64,000 nucleotides of DNA from a virus, in IMG/VR virus record IMGVR_UViG_3300042154_000577, positions 2,634-66,633 of that record; one strand, 5' to 3'. Position numbers and translations under genes: made by a program. Of the stretch, positions 53,512 to 63,295 are shown in pieces. The notes below the pieces were generated by a model that was not told where the DNA came from, did not search any database, and was given only the letters and a program-made list of their open reading frames with translations. Numbering within the stretch: position 1 is the stretch's first letter; every line of letters starts with the position of its first letter.

Positions 53512-53769
53512 TCAGCACTTCCATCTTGCAAGAGCAGCAGCCTTTCGGGTCGGCTTGCCTTTCTCGTCTTTCATTGGCCCCGGCATACCTGACATCCGGG
53601 CGCAGAACGAATCCTTGCGTGGGCCACCTTGGGGCTGTGGAGCCTTCAGGTTGCTGCCAGTTGCTGCGTTGTACTTGGCCCTGCCCTTGGCAGTCAGTCC
53701 AGCGCCCTTGGAGATCGGCAGCTTCTCGCCCCGACCCACAGAGAGAACCGGGCCTTTTTTCTTAGCCAT
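53512..53769 (-). CDS. Small basic protein (DUF6321-like)
   Basis: GLTAKGRAKYN...SFCARM...W.C. Confidence 0.75.
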   Translation of the reverse strand: MAKKKGPVLSVGRGEKLPISKGAGLTAKGRAKYNAATGSNLKAPQPQGGPRKDSFCARMSGMPGPMKDEKGKPTRKAAALARWKC

Positions 53770-54277
53770 AGAAAATCTGCGTAGAGTCAATGTTGGTCAT
53801 CAAGGCATAAATACCATTGACTGCAAGCACACCTTCACCCGGAATAAACGGCGCATTACTGAAAGTATCAGTGCTGTCAATTTCGTAGGTCATCAACCAA
53901 CGTCCGCCGCCACTTACATACGAAGCCGCAGTAGAGGTAATAGTGCCAGTGTTAACGTCTGTAAGCGTGAAGGTATCTGCGCCGGTTCTGGTGATGGTGT
54001 AGTTGCCATCTGTTGCTGATTGGCTTGTGTTGCTGTCAAAGTGAATGCCAACAACATCGCCTGTAACCAGACCGTGCGCTACTTTTGTTACCGTCACTGT
54101 CGTACCAGAACGAGCGTATGTAACGCTGGCAGTCACTGGAACAGAAGCGGTATCAAACAACACCAACGTGGCATCCGTACCAGCGCCAAAAAACGAAATA
54201 CCCTTAACGCGATTTCGCCCAAGAACAAAAAAACCACTTTGGTTTAGGTGTCCCTGTTTTACGTCTGTCTGCATCAT
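53762..54277 (-). CDS. Beta-rich virion protein
   Basis: MQTDVK...IPGEGVL...IFYG; AAGGAG RBS. Confidence 0.75.
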   Translation of the reverse strand: MMQTDVKQGHLNQSGFFVLGRNRVKGISFFGAGTDATLVLFDTASVPVTASVTYARSGTTVTVTKVAHGLVTGDVVGIHFDSNTSQSATDGNYTITRTGADTFTLTDVNTGTITSTAASYVSGGGRWLMTYEIDSTDTFSNAPFIPGEGVLAVNGIYALMTNIDSTQIFYG

Positions 54278-54297
54278 AATCAATCTCCTTTAGAACG

Positions 54298-54311
54298 GGG
54301 GCCGAAGCCCC
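54298..54311 (-). other. Intergenic UUCG-tetraloop hairpin
   Basis: GGGGC-TTCG-GCCCC; no U tract. Confidence 0.55.
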
Positions 54312-54320
54312 TTGAGTTGA

Positions 54321-54869
54321 TTAAGAGTCTGCAAACGGTGTAGCGACAGTGCCGGAACCAATAACATTCCCATTCACCATGTACTTGTTAGCAGCAATCG
54401 CCACAATCTGAACCCATGTGCCAGCAACGCCGCCGGTAGTTGTACCGTTCAAGTTGATGAAGTCATTGGAAGAGCCGTTAGCAGAGAAAGCAACCACAGC
54501 ACCAGATGTGTCTGAATCAATAGACATTACAGCGCCGACGTACAAGTCACCAGAAGCAGCGGTAACACCGATTTTCAACGAGCTAGTGGAGATAGTTGTG
54601 GGCACCCAGATGGTGTAAACAACGCCTTCGTTGTTCAGTGTATTGGGGTCTTGACCGGGGCCAGACGTAATGGGGTTAGTTGAAACATTGATCGCGGGCA
54701 ATGTCAGTGTCAACGCAGCGGCTAAAGAGCCGCCAACAGAAATGATACGACCGCCGTGAGCTTCGGGGCTTAATGTGGTGCTGGTTGTGATCTCAACAAC
54801 AGCGGCTGGGCCCTGCTGATAGACGCCGCCCAATGATCGAACTGGGCCTTGAAACGTAGTACGTGCCAT
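54321..54869 (-). CDS. Capsid decoration / fibre-like protein
   Basis: MARTTFQGPV...LNGTTTGG...ATPF. Confidence 0.75.
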   Translation of the reverse strand: MARTTFQGPVRSLGGVYQQGPAAVVEITTSTTLSPEAHGGRIISVGGSLAAALTLTLPAINVSTNPITSGPGQDPNTLNNEGVVYTIWVPTTISTSSLKIGVTAASGDLYVGAVMSIDSDTSGAVVAFSANGSSNDFINLNGTTTGGVAGTWVQIVAIAANKYMVNGNVIGSGTVATPFADS

Positions 54870-54875
54870 GATTTT

Positions 54876-54950
54876 TCCTTACATACAAGTTAGGTGCATT
54901 AGTCTGTATGTCGTCAGCCGGGGCTGTCTAATGCACCGGAAAGCCCGGAG
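54876..54950 (-). ncRNA. Pseudoknotted leader RNA, candidate Mu-gpT-DE-like motif
   Basis: Three interlocked pairings: CCGGG/CCCGG, GGUGCAUUAG/CUAAUGCACC, ACAUACA/UGUAUGU next to the AAGGA RBS. Confidence 0.65.
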
Positions 54951-54957
54951 TGGTTGC

Positions 54958-54986
54958 AATATATCAGGAATCGGCGGTGGGGGCAA
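54958..54986 (-). promoter_or_regulatory. Promoter just upstream of the leader RNA
   Basis: TTGCCC-N17-TATATT with extended -10 TG. Confidence 0.55.
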
Positions 54987-55566
54987 GGAGCCTGTTTGAC
55001 TTTTTTAAGTTTTCTTCTTGGGTGATCACACGTAGGTTCCACGGTACATGCAGCCCACAAACCTCCTCTGAGCGCAGAGGAACAATGTGGTCTACAACGT
55101 ACTGTTCGCCAGTGGTCTGGGTCATAGTGATGGCAACTTGGTAAATCTGCCGTATCTCCGACTTCTGCTTGCGACTCAGCCACGGTGGGGTGGCGTCCCG
55201 ATGTTTACGCCTTCGGGCTTTTGTGTCCGCCCTAATCTGGGTTTTGTGGTTAGCTTTCCACGTGTTTCGGTACTCGCGCAATACGTGCGCGGGGCGAGTG
55301 GCGGCGGTATTGATTACCGTTTCGCGGTTTTCTTGATACCACTCATTTTTACGATCTTTAACTTCTTCGCGTCTGTTGTAGGCGATAAAGTAGTCGGCGC
55401 GTTCAACACCGCTTTTGACCCACTCAACTTTCAAGCACTCTATGCAGGCCCCTTTGGTTTTGCGTGGGGCTACATGCCCGTGCTTGCAAGGCTCCCCTGT
55501 GAAGTAGTGTTTAGCTCCGGTGGCTTTGGCTTCGGCGCGGGTTTTTGGTAATCTGATAGTGTCCAT
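54964..55566 (-). CDS. Free-standing HNH endonuclease
   Basis: TGEPCKHGH...CIEC; VDHIVPL...GLHVPWNL.....ENLKKSN. Confidence 0.88.
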   Translation of the reverse strand: MDTIRLPKTRAEAKATGAKHYFTGEPCKHGHVAPRKTKGACIECLKVEWVKSGVERADYFIAYNRREEVKDRKNEWYQENRETVINTAATRPAHVLREYRNTWKANHKTQIRADTKARRRKHRDATPPWLSRKQKSEIRQIYQVAITMTQTTGEQYVVDHIVPLRSEEVCGLHVPWNLRVITQEENLKKSNRLLAPTADS

Positions 55567-55593
55567 AGTGGCTCCTGTGACTTAGTAACAGGT

Positions 55594-55621
55594 AATGTAC
55601 CACAAAACAAGCAAAAGTCAA
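55594..55621 (-). promoter_or_regulatory. Promoter for the HNH gene
   Basis: TTGACT-N16-TACATT with extended -10 TG. Confidence 0.6.
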
Positions 55622-55630
55622 CAGGCAAAG

Positions 55631-55651
55631 AAAAAGGCCCCGAAGGGCCTT
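55631..55651 (-). terminator. Terminator after the major capsid gene
   Basis: AAGGCCC-TTCG-GGGCCTT plus T tract on the minus strand. Confidence 0.85.
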
Positions 55652-55675
55652 AAAATTAGGGGTAAACCCTTGTTT

Positions 55676-56593
55676 TTAAGACGAACCGGGGCTTCCAAAG
55701 ACTCCAAGCGGGTCCGACCAGCCAAAGCTGTAACGCTCACGGCTCTTGTAACGTACGTTCCCCGTATCAAAATCACCATCCATGGAGTTCGCCAGAGGTG
55801 AACGGATAAAGTGCTTCAGACCGTTGGGCACATCAGTGGTCAGGTACCAACCATTCGTATCGGTCAAGAAGTGATTGATGCAGTAGCCCTCAGGAATCGA
55901 GCCGTTGTTCTTCAACGCATTGATATCGTTGTCGGCAGTGCCAACACGGAGGCTGGTTTCCAACAGACGAGTAGCAACGAATTGCAGAGCAGGTGGGACG
56001 ACCATCTTCTTGGGCTTTGCAGCAATCAGCAGACCGCGCTCATCCGTCCAAGCAGCGATCTGAATGACGGCGGCTTCCAAAGAAGTCTCGTTCAGATCAG
56101 CGCCAGTGGTGGGACGATTGCTGTTGGTGCCGCCGCCAGTTAGCGGGTGAGCCGTGGAGAACAGAGGAACGCCATCGCCGCCGTAGTACGCAGAAGAGTT
56201 GGTGAAGCCGTTGTTGATGACGGCAGCAGCCTTGACTTGCTTGGTGTACGCCATTGCACGAGCCAGACCCTTGGTGTAACGAGCAGACAGCGAGTCATAC
56301 AAGTTATCTTCCACGGCCTCTTCAGTGATGGAGAAGCCCAGAGCGATGGTTTCGTGGTTGTAGCGAGTCGTCCATGCTTCCTGTGCGTTGTCGTAAGCGA
56401 TGGCAGAGCCCTCGTTCTTGACTGGTGCAGCAGAGAAACCGGACAGCTTGGTTTCCTCTTCAAACGAACGCTCAGAGGTTTCAGTCTCGTAGAGTTCCTT
56501 GTGCTCTTCACCGTACCGAGCGTACTCAAGACCGAAAAGGGCGTTGAGGCCGGGAAGGAGTTCCTTCAGTAGTTGTGCGCGTGAAATTGCCAT
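55676..56593 (-). CDS. Major capsid protein (Mu gpT-like family)
   Basis: MAISRAQLLKELLPGLNALFG...FSITEEAVEDNLY...RERYSFG; downstream terminator. Confidence 0.9.
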   Translation of the reverse strand: MAISRAQLLKELLPGLNALFGLEYARYGEEHKELYETETSERSFEEETKLSGFSAAPVKNEGSAIAYDNAQEAWTTRYNHETIALGFSITEEAVEDNLYDSLSARYTKGLARAMAYTKQVKAAAVINNGFTNSSAYYGGDGVPLFSTAHPLTGGGTNSNRPTTGADLNETSLEAAVIQIAAWTDERGLLIAAKPKKMVVPPALQFVATRLLETSLRVGTADNDINALKNNGSIPEGYCINHFLTDTNGWYLTTDVPNGLKHFIRSPLANSMDGDFDTGNVRYKSRERYSFGWSDPLGVFGSPGSS

Positions 56594-56604
56594 GATTTAG
56601 CTCC

Positions 56605-57228
56605 TTACAGGCCAACAGCATTGCTGTAGGCGTGGTATCCGGGGTTGAACTTCACCAGAATGTCAGTAAATGCGTCACCCACGGTGGAGAAACCAACCAT
56701 GTTCACAAAACCAACGACGCGGAAAGCGGCGGTAGTAGTGACACCGGAAGCACCTGCCACAACGGAAGCGGTTGAGTTACCAGTAGAAGTGCTACCAGTA
56801 GAAACAGCGCCGGTTGAGAAGAACACGTTCAGGCCCAAAGCCGCTTGGGTTACCGAGCCAGCGGACTGGACTTGGAACACGCAGCGATCATCGTCAACCA
56901 CAAGCGCTACCCCGTTCAGGGCACCGGAAGGGTAGTATTGCGAAAAAACCGTTTGGCCTTGGGTGTTGGTGTACGAACAACCGACGAACACGCCTACAGC
57001 GCCGGTATTAGCGGTGCCAACAGGAAAGCCATTGGTTGTTGCGTCAGCGCCGGTAGCGGTAACGATTTCAACGTAACCCGTAGCCTTAACGTACACCAAA
57101 CTGCCGTTGTAGACATTGGCGGCGTAGCCAGCGGGGTCGAATAAAAATGAGCGGGTGCTACCTGCGTACGGTAGGCCACCCAACTCATTTACGGGCTTAA
57201 GCCCGTAGGGAGAAGCGACTGATGCCAT
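56605..57228 (-). CDS. Capsid-associated protein
   Basis: PYGLKP...GVFVGCSY; directly upstream of the capsid gene. Confidence 0.75.
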   Translation of the reverse strand: MASVASPYGLKPVNELGGLPYAGSTRSFLFDPAGYAANVYNGSLVYVKATGYVEIVTATGADATTNGFPVGTANTGAVGVFVGCSYTNTQGQTVFSQYYPSGALNGVALVVDDDRCVFQVQSAGSVTQAALGLNVFFSTGAVSTGSTSTGNSTASVVAGASGVTTTAAFRVVGFVNMVGFSTVGDAFTDILVKFNPGYHAYSNAVGL

Positions 57229-57247
57229 TTAAGGACTCCTTGAAAAT

Positions 57248-57715
57248 TTAAGAACCAGAACCGAACGTGACCTTTGACTGCTTGCTTGCAAACAAAGGCA
57301 TACGAGGGTCACTATCTCGAAGAAAGTTGTTGTCTACTGACTCCATCTGAGCCTTGTTCTGATTGGCGTAGTAAGCAGAACGCTGTATCAGAAACTCTTC
57401 AGGAATGCGGCAAAGCAACAATCCGCCCACCTCGACGTTACCTCTAAAACGTCCTTCAGTGGAAGCGTGCACCAATAGCTCAGGATAGTCCTCTGCCTTG
57501 CAGGGTTCATATCCCTCGCGTAACTTAGAAGAGATGTTGCTTGGATCAGCTTGGCCTAGCATACTAATGCGAACCCAGCGATGCTCCCAACCCGGACGTT
57601 TATCCGGCGATGGCAACGTCTCTGGAGGACGCCAAGCAGTAGGGCGTGCAAAGGATTCACGACTGTCCAGTTCACGAACCAGACGGTTTTGAGTTTTGTC
57701 CAAAGTCTTTTCCAT
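57248..57715 (-). CDS. Conserved head-module protein
   Basis: W.PP..LP, HRWVR, REGYEP, VGGLLL. Confidence 0.8.
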   Translation of the reverse strand: MEKTLDKTQNRLVRELDSRESFARPTAWRPPETLPSPDKRPGWEHRWVRISMLGQADPSNISSKLREGYEPCKAEDYPELLVHASTEGRFRGNVEVGGLLLCRIPEEFLIQRSAYYANQNKAQMESVDNNFLRDSDPRMPLFASKQSKVTFGSGS

Positions 57716-57717
57716 TT

Positions 57718-58704
57718 TCAACCTCGATTAAGTAAAGCAACCTGTTTCGCGTATTGTTCTGGGGTCACCCCAAGTCGCCGGGCAATGGCTACTTCGGATG
57801 CCTTCAACCGGATACGGTTAGGCGGTGTGCTGCGGGTAGCCGGGGCTACAACCGAAGCTGGTTTTGTTGCACGGACGGGGGTGTAATCCTCCTCCGGTTC
57901 AGAAACTTTTTTGGAAGGAGTTTCATCATCCTCATAGCTCTGAGAATCCGAAAAATTCTCAGGAAAACGCTTTCGCATTGTTTTGTCAATGGTCTCAAAG
58001 TAATCTTTGGAACCAATATATTCGGCACCATACTGCCTTTGGAGCTTTCTGTCAAGTCCTGATGCTGCAGCAGTCATTTCTTCGTCCTTGCCCCACCAGT
58101 CCGAGTTTGCCTCTAGCCACTTAGCAGTACGTGGATGTGTTGGGGGCGGGTCTTGGGGCTCGAACTTTTTCTCCTCCACCGGAATAGGCTTCATGTTCTC
58201 AGCCTTGTCCAGTTTCAGCGTAGCCCTAGCAATCTTGGTCTGAGCAGCAGCAATGAGGTCGGGGTCCCCGGCTTCGTAGGCTTCTTTGTACCCACGTTCA
58301 GCGGCGTCAAGATCACTTTGCGCAGAGGCTTTGTTCTGCTCGATATAGGTTTCACTGCCGCTAGCCAACTGCTGTTGCAGCCGTTTATTGTCCTCAAACA
58401 CCTGCTTTGCAAAGGTTTCCGCAGCCTGACGCTCACGGATAGCCTCTTCTTTTGCTCGGCGCTCGTCGTGATACCCACGAGTGAACTTCTTGATCCGTGC
58501 CTGTACTTTCTCGTCATAAGACGAAAGTTCGTCCTCCGTGGGGTCCTCGGGCGGGGGCGCGGCCTTGCGACCACGATCCTCTACAGGCGTGTCGTTTTCA
58601 ATCTCAATCTCAAGCTCGCCCGTTTCTGTACTCACGGGTTTACCCTTAGTCTCAGCTTCCTTTTCGTCAGGAAACTTAAATTCGTCTTGTCCAAATCTAG
58701 CCAT
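57718..58704 (-). CDS. Scaffolding protein
   Basis: Acidic coiled coil; ends IARRLGVTPEQYAK; between portal and capsid. Confidence 0.75.
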   Translation of the reverse strand: MARFGQDEFKFPDEKEAETKGKPVSTETGELEIEIENDTPVEDRGRKAAPPPEDPTEDELSSYDEKVQARIKKFTRGYHDERRAKEEAIRERQAAETFAKQVFEDNKRLQQQLASGSETYIEQNKASAQSDLDAAERGYKEAYEAGDPDLIAAAQTKIARATLKLDKAENMKPIPVEEKKFEPQDPPPTHPRTAKWLEANSDWWGKDEEMTAAASGLDRKLQRQYGAEYIGSKDYFETIDKTMRKRFPENFSDSQSYEDDETPSKKVSEPEEDYTPVRATKPASVVAPATRSTPPNRIRLKASEVAIARRLGVTPEQYAKQVALLNRG

Positions 58705-58714
58705 TTCTTACTCC

Positions 58715-59125
58715 TTATGCAGCACGTGTAATCCCACGGGGATCGTCAACTGTTGCTTCAACCGAGTCATCATTGATGATTCGGAATTCGCGGCCATGAA
58801 TCTTCAAACGGGTACCGGAATTTGGTCGGCAAATAACGAAATCGCCTTCCGCGCACGATGGCCCATTGGGGAAACGAGTTGCGTCTTTGTACGCATCAGG
58901 TCCAAGTTTCACTACAAACAGCACTGGGGTCAGCACTTCTTCGTAGTGCATAGTCTTCGAGTCCTTGATAATTCCCACAGAACTCTCCGCAAACTCCTCC
59001 ATAGCCTCTGGGACTACGCAAAGAATGTGGAAGGTTTTGGGGTCAGGCAACTGCTTTGCTTTCTCTTCGTTACCCTTATTCAGGATGCCAGAGAGGTCCA
59101 CTGCAGTGATATCAAATTCACTCAT
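58715..59125 (-). CDS. groES: GroES-like co-chaperonin
   Basis: GII, VVKLGPDAY, GDFV, SGT, FRIINDD.V.A. Confidence 0.85.
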   Translation of the reverse strand: MSEFDITAVDLSGILNKGNEEKAKQLPDPKTFHILCVVPEAMEEFAESSVGIIKDSKTMHYEEVLTPVLFVVKLGPDAYKDATRFPNGPSCAEGDFVICRPNSGTRLKIHGREFRIINDDSVEATVDDPRGITRAA

Positions 59126-59318
59126 CTTCGGCTTTCTCCATACGTTGCACGAGGTCGTTTACGATAGATTCTGCATGGCTCAGACCCCGGATGATCCCGC
59201 AGATATGCCGGTATTCAGGGTAGTCCCCTGCTCTCCCAGCGGAAAGAAAACTCGCCTGCTCACTACGCAATTTGTCTATCTCTCGGGCAATGAACCCGAG
59301 CAAGCGATGTTGGTCCAT
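59118..59318 (-). CDS. Small conserved protein after the portal
   Basis: Y...CG.IRGL. Confidence 0.75.
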   Translation of the reverse strand: MDQHRLLGFIAREIDKLRSEQASFLSAGRAGDYPEYRHICGIIRGLSHAESIVNDLVQRMEKAEDE

Positions 59319-61753
59319 TACCTAGTTTCCTTAGAAGGTTTTGGTTGCGGTTGTTGCCGCGCTTGCTGCTGCGCTTGTTGGCGTTGCTGAGCCACACGAT
59401 CCCGTGCCGTAGCCGAAGTAGCCGCAATTTGCATACGAGCGATCTCCTTCTGGGCCTCAATCCGAGCCTGCTCAATCGTCAACTGCGCTGCTTTGGCGTG
59501 CGCCTCGGCGTTCTGTTTCTGCTCTTTGAGCTTCAGTTCCTGCTGTTTGATCTGCAGTTCCTGCTGTTGCATTTGTACAACAGGGTCTTGTTGTTGCTGC
59601 TGTGCGGCCTGCTGCTGAGCTTCCTGCTGGTTCTGCTGCAGTAACTTCTGGGACGCCTGCGCTGCCATCATTGCAATACGATCAGCAAGTTCTGGTGATA
59701 CCTCTTTGTTCTGATCCTTGGTCGGCAACGGCAGGCCCATCTGCATCTCAATCTGCTTGCGGTACTCGAACGCAATGTGCTCGTTTATGTGGGCCATAGC
59801 TGCTGCCATGATTGCCTGCGCCTGCGGGTTCATCTGCATCAACTGCTGAATCTTGGGGTCCTGCAGCGCAGCTTGGTGCACTGCAATATGCGCTTGGTGG
59901 TTCTGCTCGATGAACGCCTTAACCGGCTTGCCCGTAAGAAGGTCTTGGTTCTCTTGCACGGGGTCCACTGGCACTGCATCATCTTCAGTAGGTACAAGTT
60001 TCGCTGCGTTCTTGACCCCTAAGATTTCAATCATCTGGCGGTGCAAGAGGGGGAGGTCATACAACTGAGGCGCTGACTGAGCCAACTGCAGGACTGCCTG
60101 ATACTGCACAACCTTCTGCGCCATCGTGGCGGCGTTGGGGTCACTGACCGGAATAACGTCCACCGCGTCATAGTCGGACTTCTTGATGTCTCGACCCCCG
60201 CCTTCTGGCTCGTAGTCGTATTCCTCCGGTGTGTAGTCGGCAATGATGACCTTCAGCAGTTTGAACTCCTGCTTCATCGCATAGTGCAGGCGAGCCTGAA
60301 CTGCAGACATGACCTTCAACGTGCGCTCAAGCAGGGCCAAAGTGGTGCCAACTGGAGCGTTTGCGCTCATATCACTCACGTTTATGTCGCCAGATGACGC
60401 GAACGCACGGCCTTCAGACACGATATTTTGGAACAAAGCGAACAGAACTTGGCTCGGTTCCTTGTAAGGTAGCGGTAAGATGTTGTCCCTGATGCTGCCA
60501 CTTGGCACATCCACATCCCGGAACTCGCCCGGAGCGATGGGTGTATCGTCACCTTTGATCCGTAGCCCACGGGATTTCAAGCCACCCGGCAAGTTACTCA
60601 GCGTGCCAGCATCGACCAACTGACGAATCAACATCGTGGACGACTTGGCGTACCCACCAATTAGGTGGATCAGACCGTAGCCATAGAACCCAAAGCCGGG
60701 GATGTACTGGTAGTGCACGAAGTGCTGACGTTTCAAGTGGAGCTTATCTCCCTCGTACCAATTCCTACGTACAGACAATATCTTCGTAGTGCCCTTCTCG
60801 ATTGTGACTACATACGGCAGAGCAATACCTGTCATCTCACCCTCGGCGTCCTCGTCCTCATACCCCTCAAGGTCCAAGTCCACGTGCATCTCTAGTATGC
60901 GGAACCGATTGTCCTGTGTAGCAGTCAGGCCCATCTCCTCGGCCTTCTGCTTCTCGATGTCGTCCAGTTCGTTCGACGGCTCACCAAGCTCAACGTCTGA
61001 GTAGAACCCAGCGGCCATGAGCTTCTTCAACTCGTTCGGTGTCTTCCGCATCACGTGGGTTACACGCTCCGCTGTCTCCAAACTAGACGCACCATACGGC
61101 ACCACGATATCCTCGGCGGGGATGAACATCGCTACCTGCCGACCTTTGCTCGGGTCGTAGTACACCTTCTTGAACGCACTACCCGCCAGCGGCAGTGACC
61201 ACAGCAGCTTCTCATGCTCTGGCCGGTACTCAACCATTACCTCGGTCAACTGATAGTTCATGTCGTCACGAACCCGCGCAGCGGACTCCTCAGCCAGCAA
61301 GTCAATTGCCCCAACAATCTGAGTCTTCACCGGGCCCATAGCCGGGAACGTCTCCATCATGGCTTCTGACTGGAACCTTACAACGCTCTCGGTCAGCATC
61401 GGGTGGAACACACCGCAAGCACCCTGCCAAGGCTCAGTGCGCTCCTCGTACTTCAATCCAAGTAGCTTCAGCCCTTCCACATACGTGCGCATCCAGTCCT
61501 TGCGGTCCGACAGGTCTTTGTCAACCTCCCCCACAAGCTCCGAACCCAACGAGTCCAGCACGCTGTCACTGATGTACTCAGCAAGGTTGTCGTCGAACGT
61601 CTCTTCATCCTTGGTGTTTCTGGGCTCCAAGTCAATCTCCAGCCCGCCCATGCCCTCCGGGCCCTCAATTTCAATCTCAATCTCGGGTAACTGCAACGCC
61701 TCAAGTCCTTGAGGAGCCGCGTACAAACCTTTGTCTATAGAACTTGTCGCCAT
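59318..61753 (-). CDS. Portal protein
   Basis: 811 aa after TerL; PWQGA.GV.HP, GSAFKKVYYD; Gln-rich C-terminal helix. Confidence 0.88.
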   Translation of the reverse strand: MATSSIDKGLYAAPQGLEALQLPEIEIEIEGPEGMGGLEIDLEPRNTKDEETFDDNLAEYISDSVLDSLGSELVGEVDKDLSDRKDWMRTYVEGLKLLGLKYEERTEPWQGACGVFHPMLTESVVRFQSEAMMETFPAMGPVKTQIVGAIDLLAEESAARVRDDMNYQLTEVMVEYRPEHEKLLWSLPLAGSAFKKVYYDPSKGRQVAMFIPAEDIVVPYGASSLETAERVTHVMRKTPNELKKLMAAGFYSDVELGEPSNELDDIEKQKAEEMGLTATQDNRFRILEMHVDLDLEGYEDEDAEGEMTGIALPYVVTIEKGTTKILSVRRNWYEGDKLHLKRQHFVHYQYIPGFGFYGYGLIHLIGGYAKSSTMLIRQLVDAGTLSNLPGGLKSRGLRIKGDDTPIAPGEFRDVDVPSGSIRDNILPLPYKEPSQVLFALFQNIVSEGRAFASSGDINVSDMSANAPVGTTLALLERTLKVMSAVQARLHYAMKQEFKLLKVIIADYTPEEYDYEPEGGGRDIKKSDYDAVDVIPVSDPNAATMAQKVVQYQAVLQLAQSAPQLYDLPLLHRQMIEILGVKNAAKLVPTEDDAVPVDPVQENQDLLTGKPVKAFIEQNHQAHIAVHQAALQDPKIQQLMQMNPQAQAIMAAAMAHINEHIAFEYRKQIEMQMGLPLPTKDQNKEVSPELADRIAMMAAQASQKLLQQNQQEAQQQAAQQQQQDPVVQMQQQELQIKQQELKLKEQKQNAEAHAKAAQLTIEQARIEAQKEIARMQIAATSATARDRVAQQRQQAQQQARQQPQPKPSKETR

Positions 61754-61771
61754 GATGTGTCCTTTATGTCC

Positions 61772-63295
61772 TTAAACTGTGTAGAACCGCTCTCGGCGGC
61801 TACTTTTGAACCATTTGATCTCGTCGGGCTCGTCAGTCGGCAGGCGTAGAAACCCACCCTGCCTAAACCGCATCAAGGCTAAAGTAGTCGCGTCAACCAA
61901 GTCATCGTGCTCCCCGGAAGGAAACGAAGCAACCTCGTCAACTAGCTCCTCAGCCCAGCGGGTGCGGGGAATCCACACTTTCCCAGACGCAATTATGTCT
62001 GAGACTGCGTTAAGACGGGCAATTTTGTCTTGGCCCTTACCCGGCGTAAACTCCTGCACAGGTATGCCCATTGCCCGAAGTTCGTAGATCAAAGGTGCGC
62101 CACTAGCTTTCTTTTCAATCAATACCCCATCAGGCTCATACTCGTTGTACTCCCTGAGCACATCCTTCTTCAAGTCAGGGTACTCAACACGCTTCTTATA
62201 TGTATTGAGTAGGATGATGTTTGGCGCACCGTGGTCCTCGTCCAGATTAAACACGCCCCACGTGGTGCCCGCAGAATAGTCAGCCCGCTGGTTTTTCTCA
62301 AAGGCTGTGTCCCATGTCTGCAAAACGTAATCACAGTGGGGTGGGTCATCCTTCTCCCACCACTTCCACCAGTCGCGTTTTACGATGGCGCTTTCGTTGC
62401 CAACAGGATTCTGCTGATACTGCGCTTGCCACTTGGAGTTGGGTAGTTCTTCTCGGAGGGCTTCGAGTTCTTGCAGAGACCAGAATTCAGGCCAAACAGG
62501 AGAACCGGACGGCAGGATGGCCGGAAATTCGATGACTTCCCAATCTTCACCTGCTCGTTGTGCTGCACTTTTGAGTACCTGTCCAGTTAAATCCCGCTGA
62601 GCCCACCGCGTCATGACTACGACAATAGCCCCACCCGGCTGCAAACGCTGCCTTGGCCCCGATGTGTACCACTCATACACTTTATCGTAGACTTCTGGGT
62701 TGCTAGCGGCCATTGCAGCCTCTTGCTCCGAGTGCGGATCGTCAATAATGAGCACATCTGCACCCTTACCGGTCACCGTACCCCCTACGCCGATAGCAAA
62801 ATAGTCGCCGCCCTTGCTGGTATTCCACCTACCGGCAGCTTTTGAGTCCGCTTGGAGCGTCAATTCGGGGAAAATATCGTGGTAGACCTCGGAATCGACC
62901 AGATTTCGCACCTTTCGACCAAAACCTACCGCCAACTCGCCCGTATTCGAGCACTGGATCACCTTTTTGTTAGGGTATTTACCTAGGAACCACGCAGGTA
63001 GCAGGTAAGACGCAAATTCTGACTTGGTGTGCCGGGGCGGCATGTTGATGATGAGTCGTTTGCAGGTCCCATTTGCCACTCGCTCGAACGCTTCAGCCAT
63101 CCGCTTGTGGTGCCTACCCGAAATGAAGCTCGGCCACACCGCTTCCACGAACTTGATGAACTTAGTCTGGCTAAGCTCCCGTTGTTTCATCTTCTCCAGC
63201 TTGTCAAGCTGCGCTTCGAGCACGCGCATGTCCGACTCGGAGAGCTTCCCCGCATTTATTAGCGTCTCAATATCTCTAAGTGAGATGCTACTCAT
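61772..63295 (-). CDS. terL: Terminase large subunit
   Basis: MPPRHTKS, IIDDPH, MTRW, QYQQNP, WDTA, HDDLVD. Confidence 0.95.
   Translation of the reverse strand: MSSISLRDIETLINAGKLSESDMRVLEAQLDKLEKMKQRELSQTKFIKFVEAVWPSFISGRHHKRMAEAFERVANGTCKRLIINMPPRHTKSEFASYLLPAWFLGKYPNKKVIQCSNTGELAVGFGRKVRNLVDSEVYHDIFPELTLQADSKAAGRWNTSKGGDYFAIGVGGTVTGKGADVLIIDDPHSEQEAAMAASNPEVYDKVYEWYTSGPRQRLQPGGAIVVVMTRWAQRDLTGQVLKSAAQRAGEDWEVIEFPAILPSGSPVWPEFWSLQELEALREELPNSKWQAQYQQNPVGNESAIVKRDWWKWWEKDDPPHCDYVLQTWDTAFEKNQRADYSAGTTWGVFNLDEDHGAPNIILLNTYKKRVEYPDLKKDVLREYNEYEPDGVLIEKKASGAPLIYELRAMGIPVQEFTPGKGQDKIARLNAVSDIIASGKVWIPRTRWAEELVDEVASFPSGEHDDLVDATTLALMRFRQGGFLRLPTDEPDEIKWFKSSRRERFYTV

Noticed and set aside
54905-54920. 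CUGACGA as a hammerhead core
   Set aside because: No suitably placed GAAA and stem II; the pairings fit a pseudoknotted leader better
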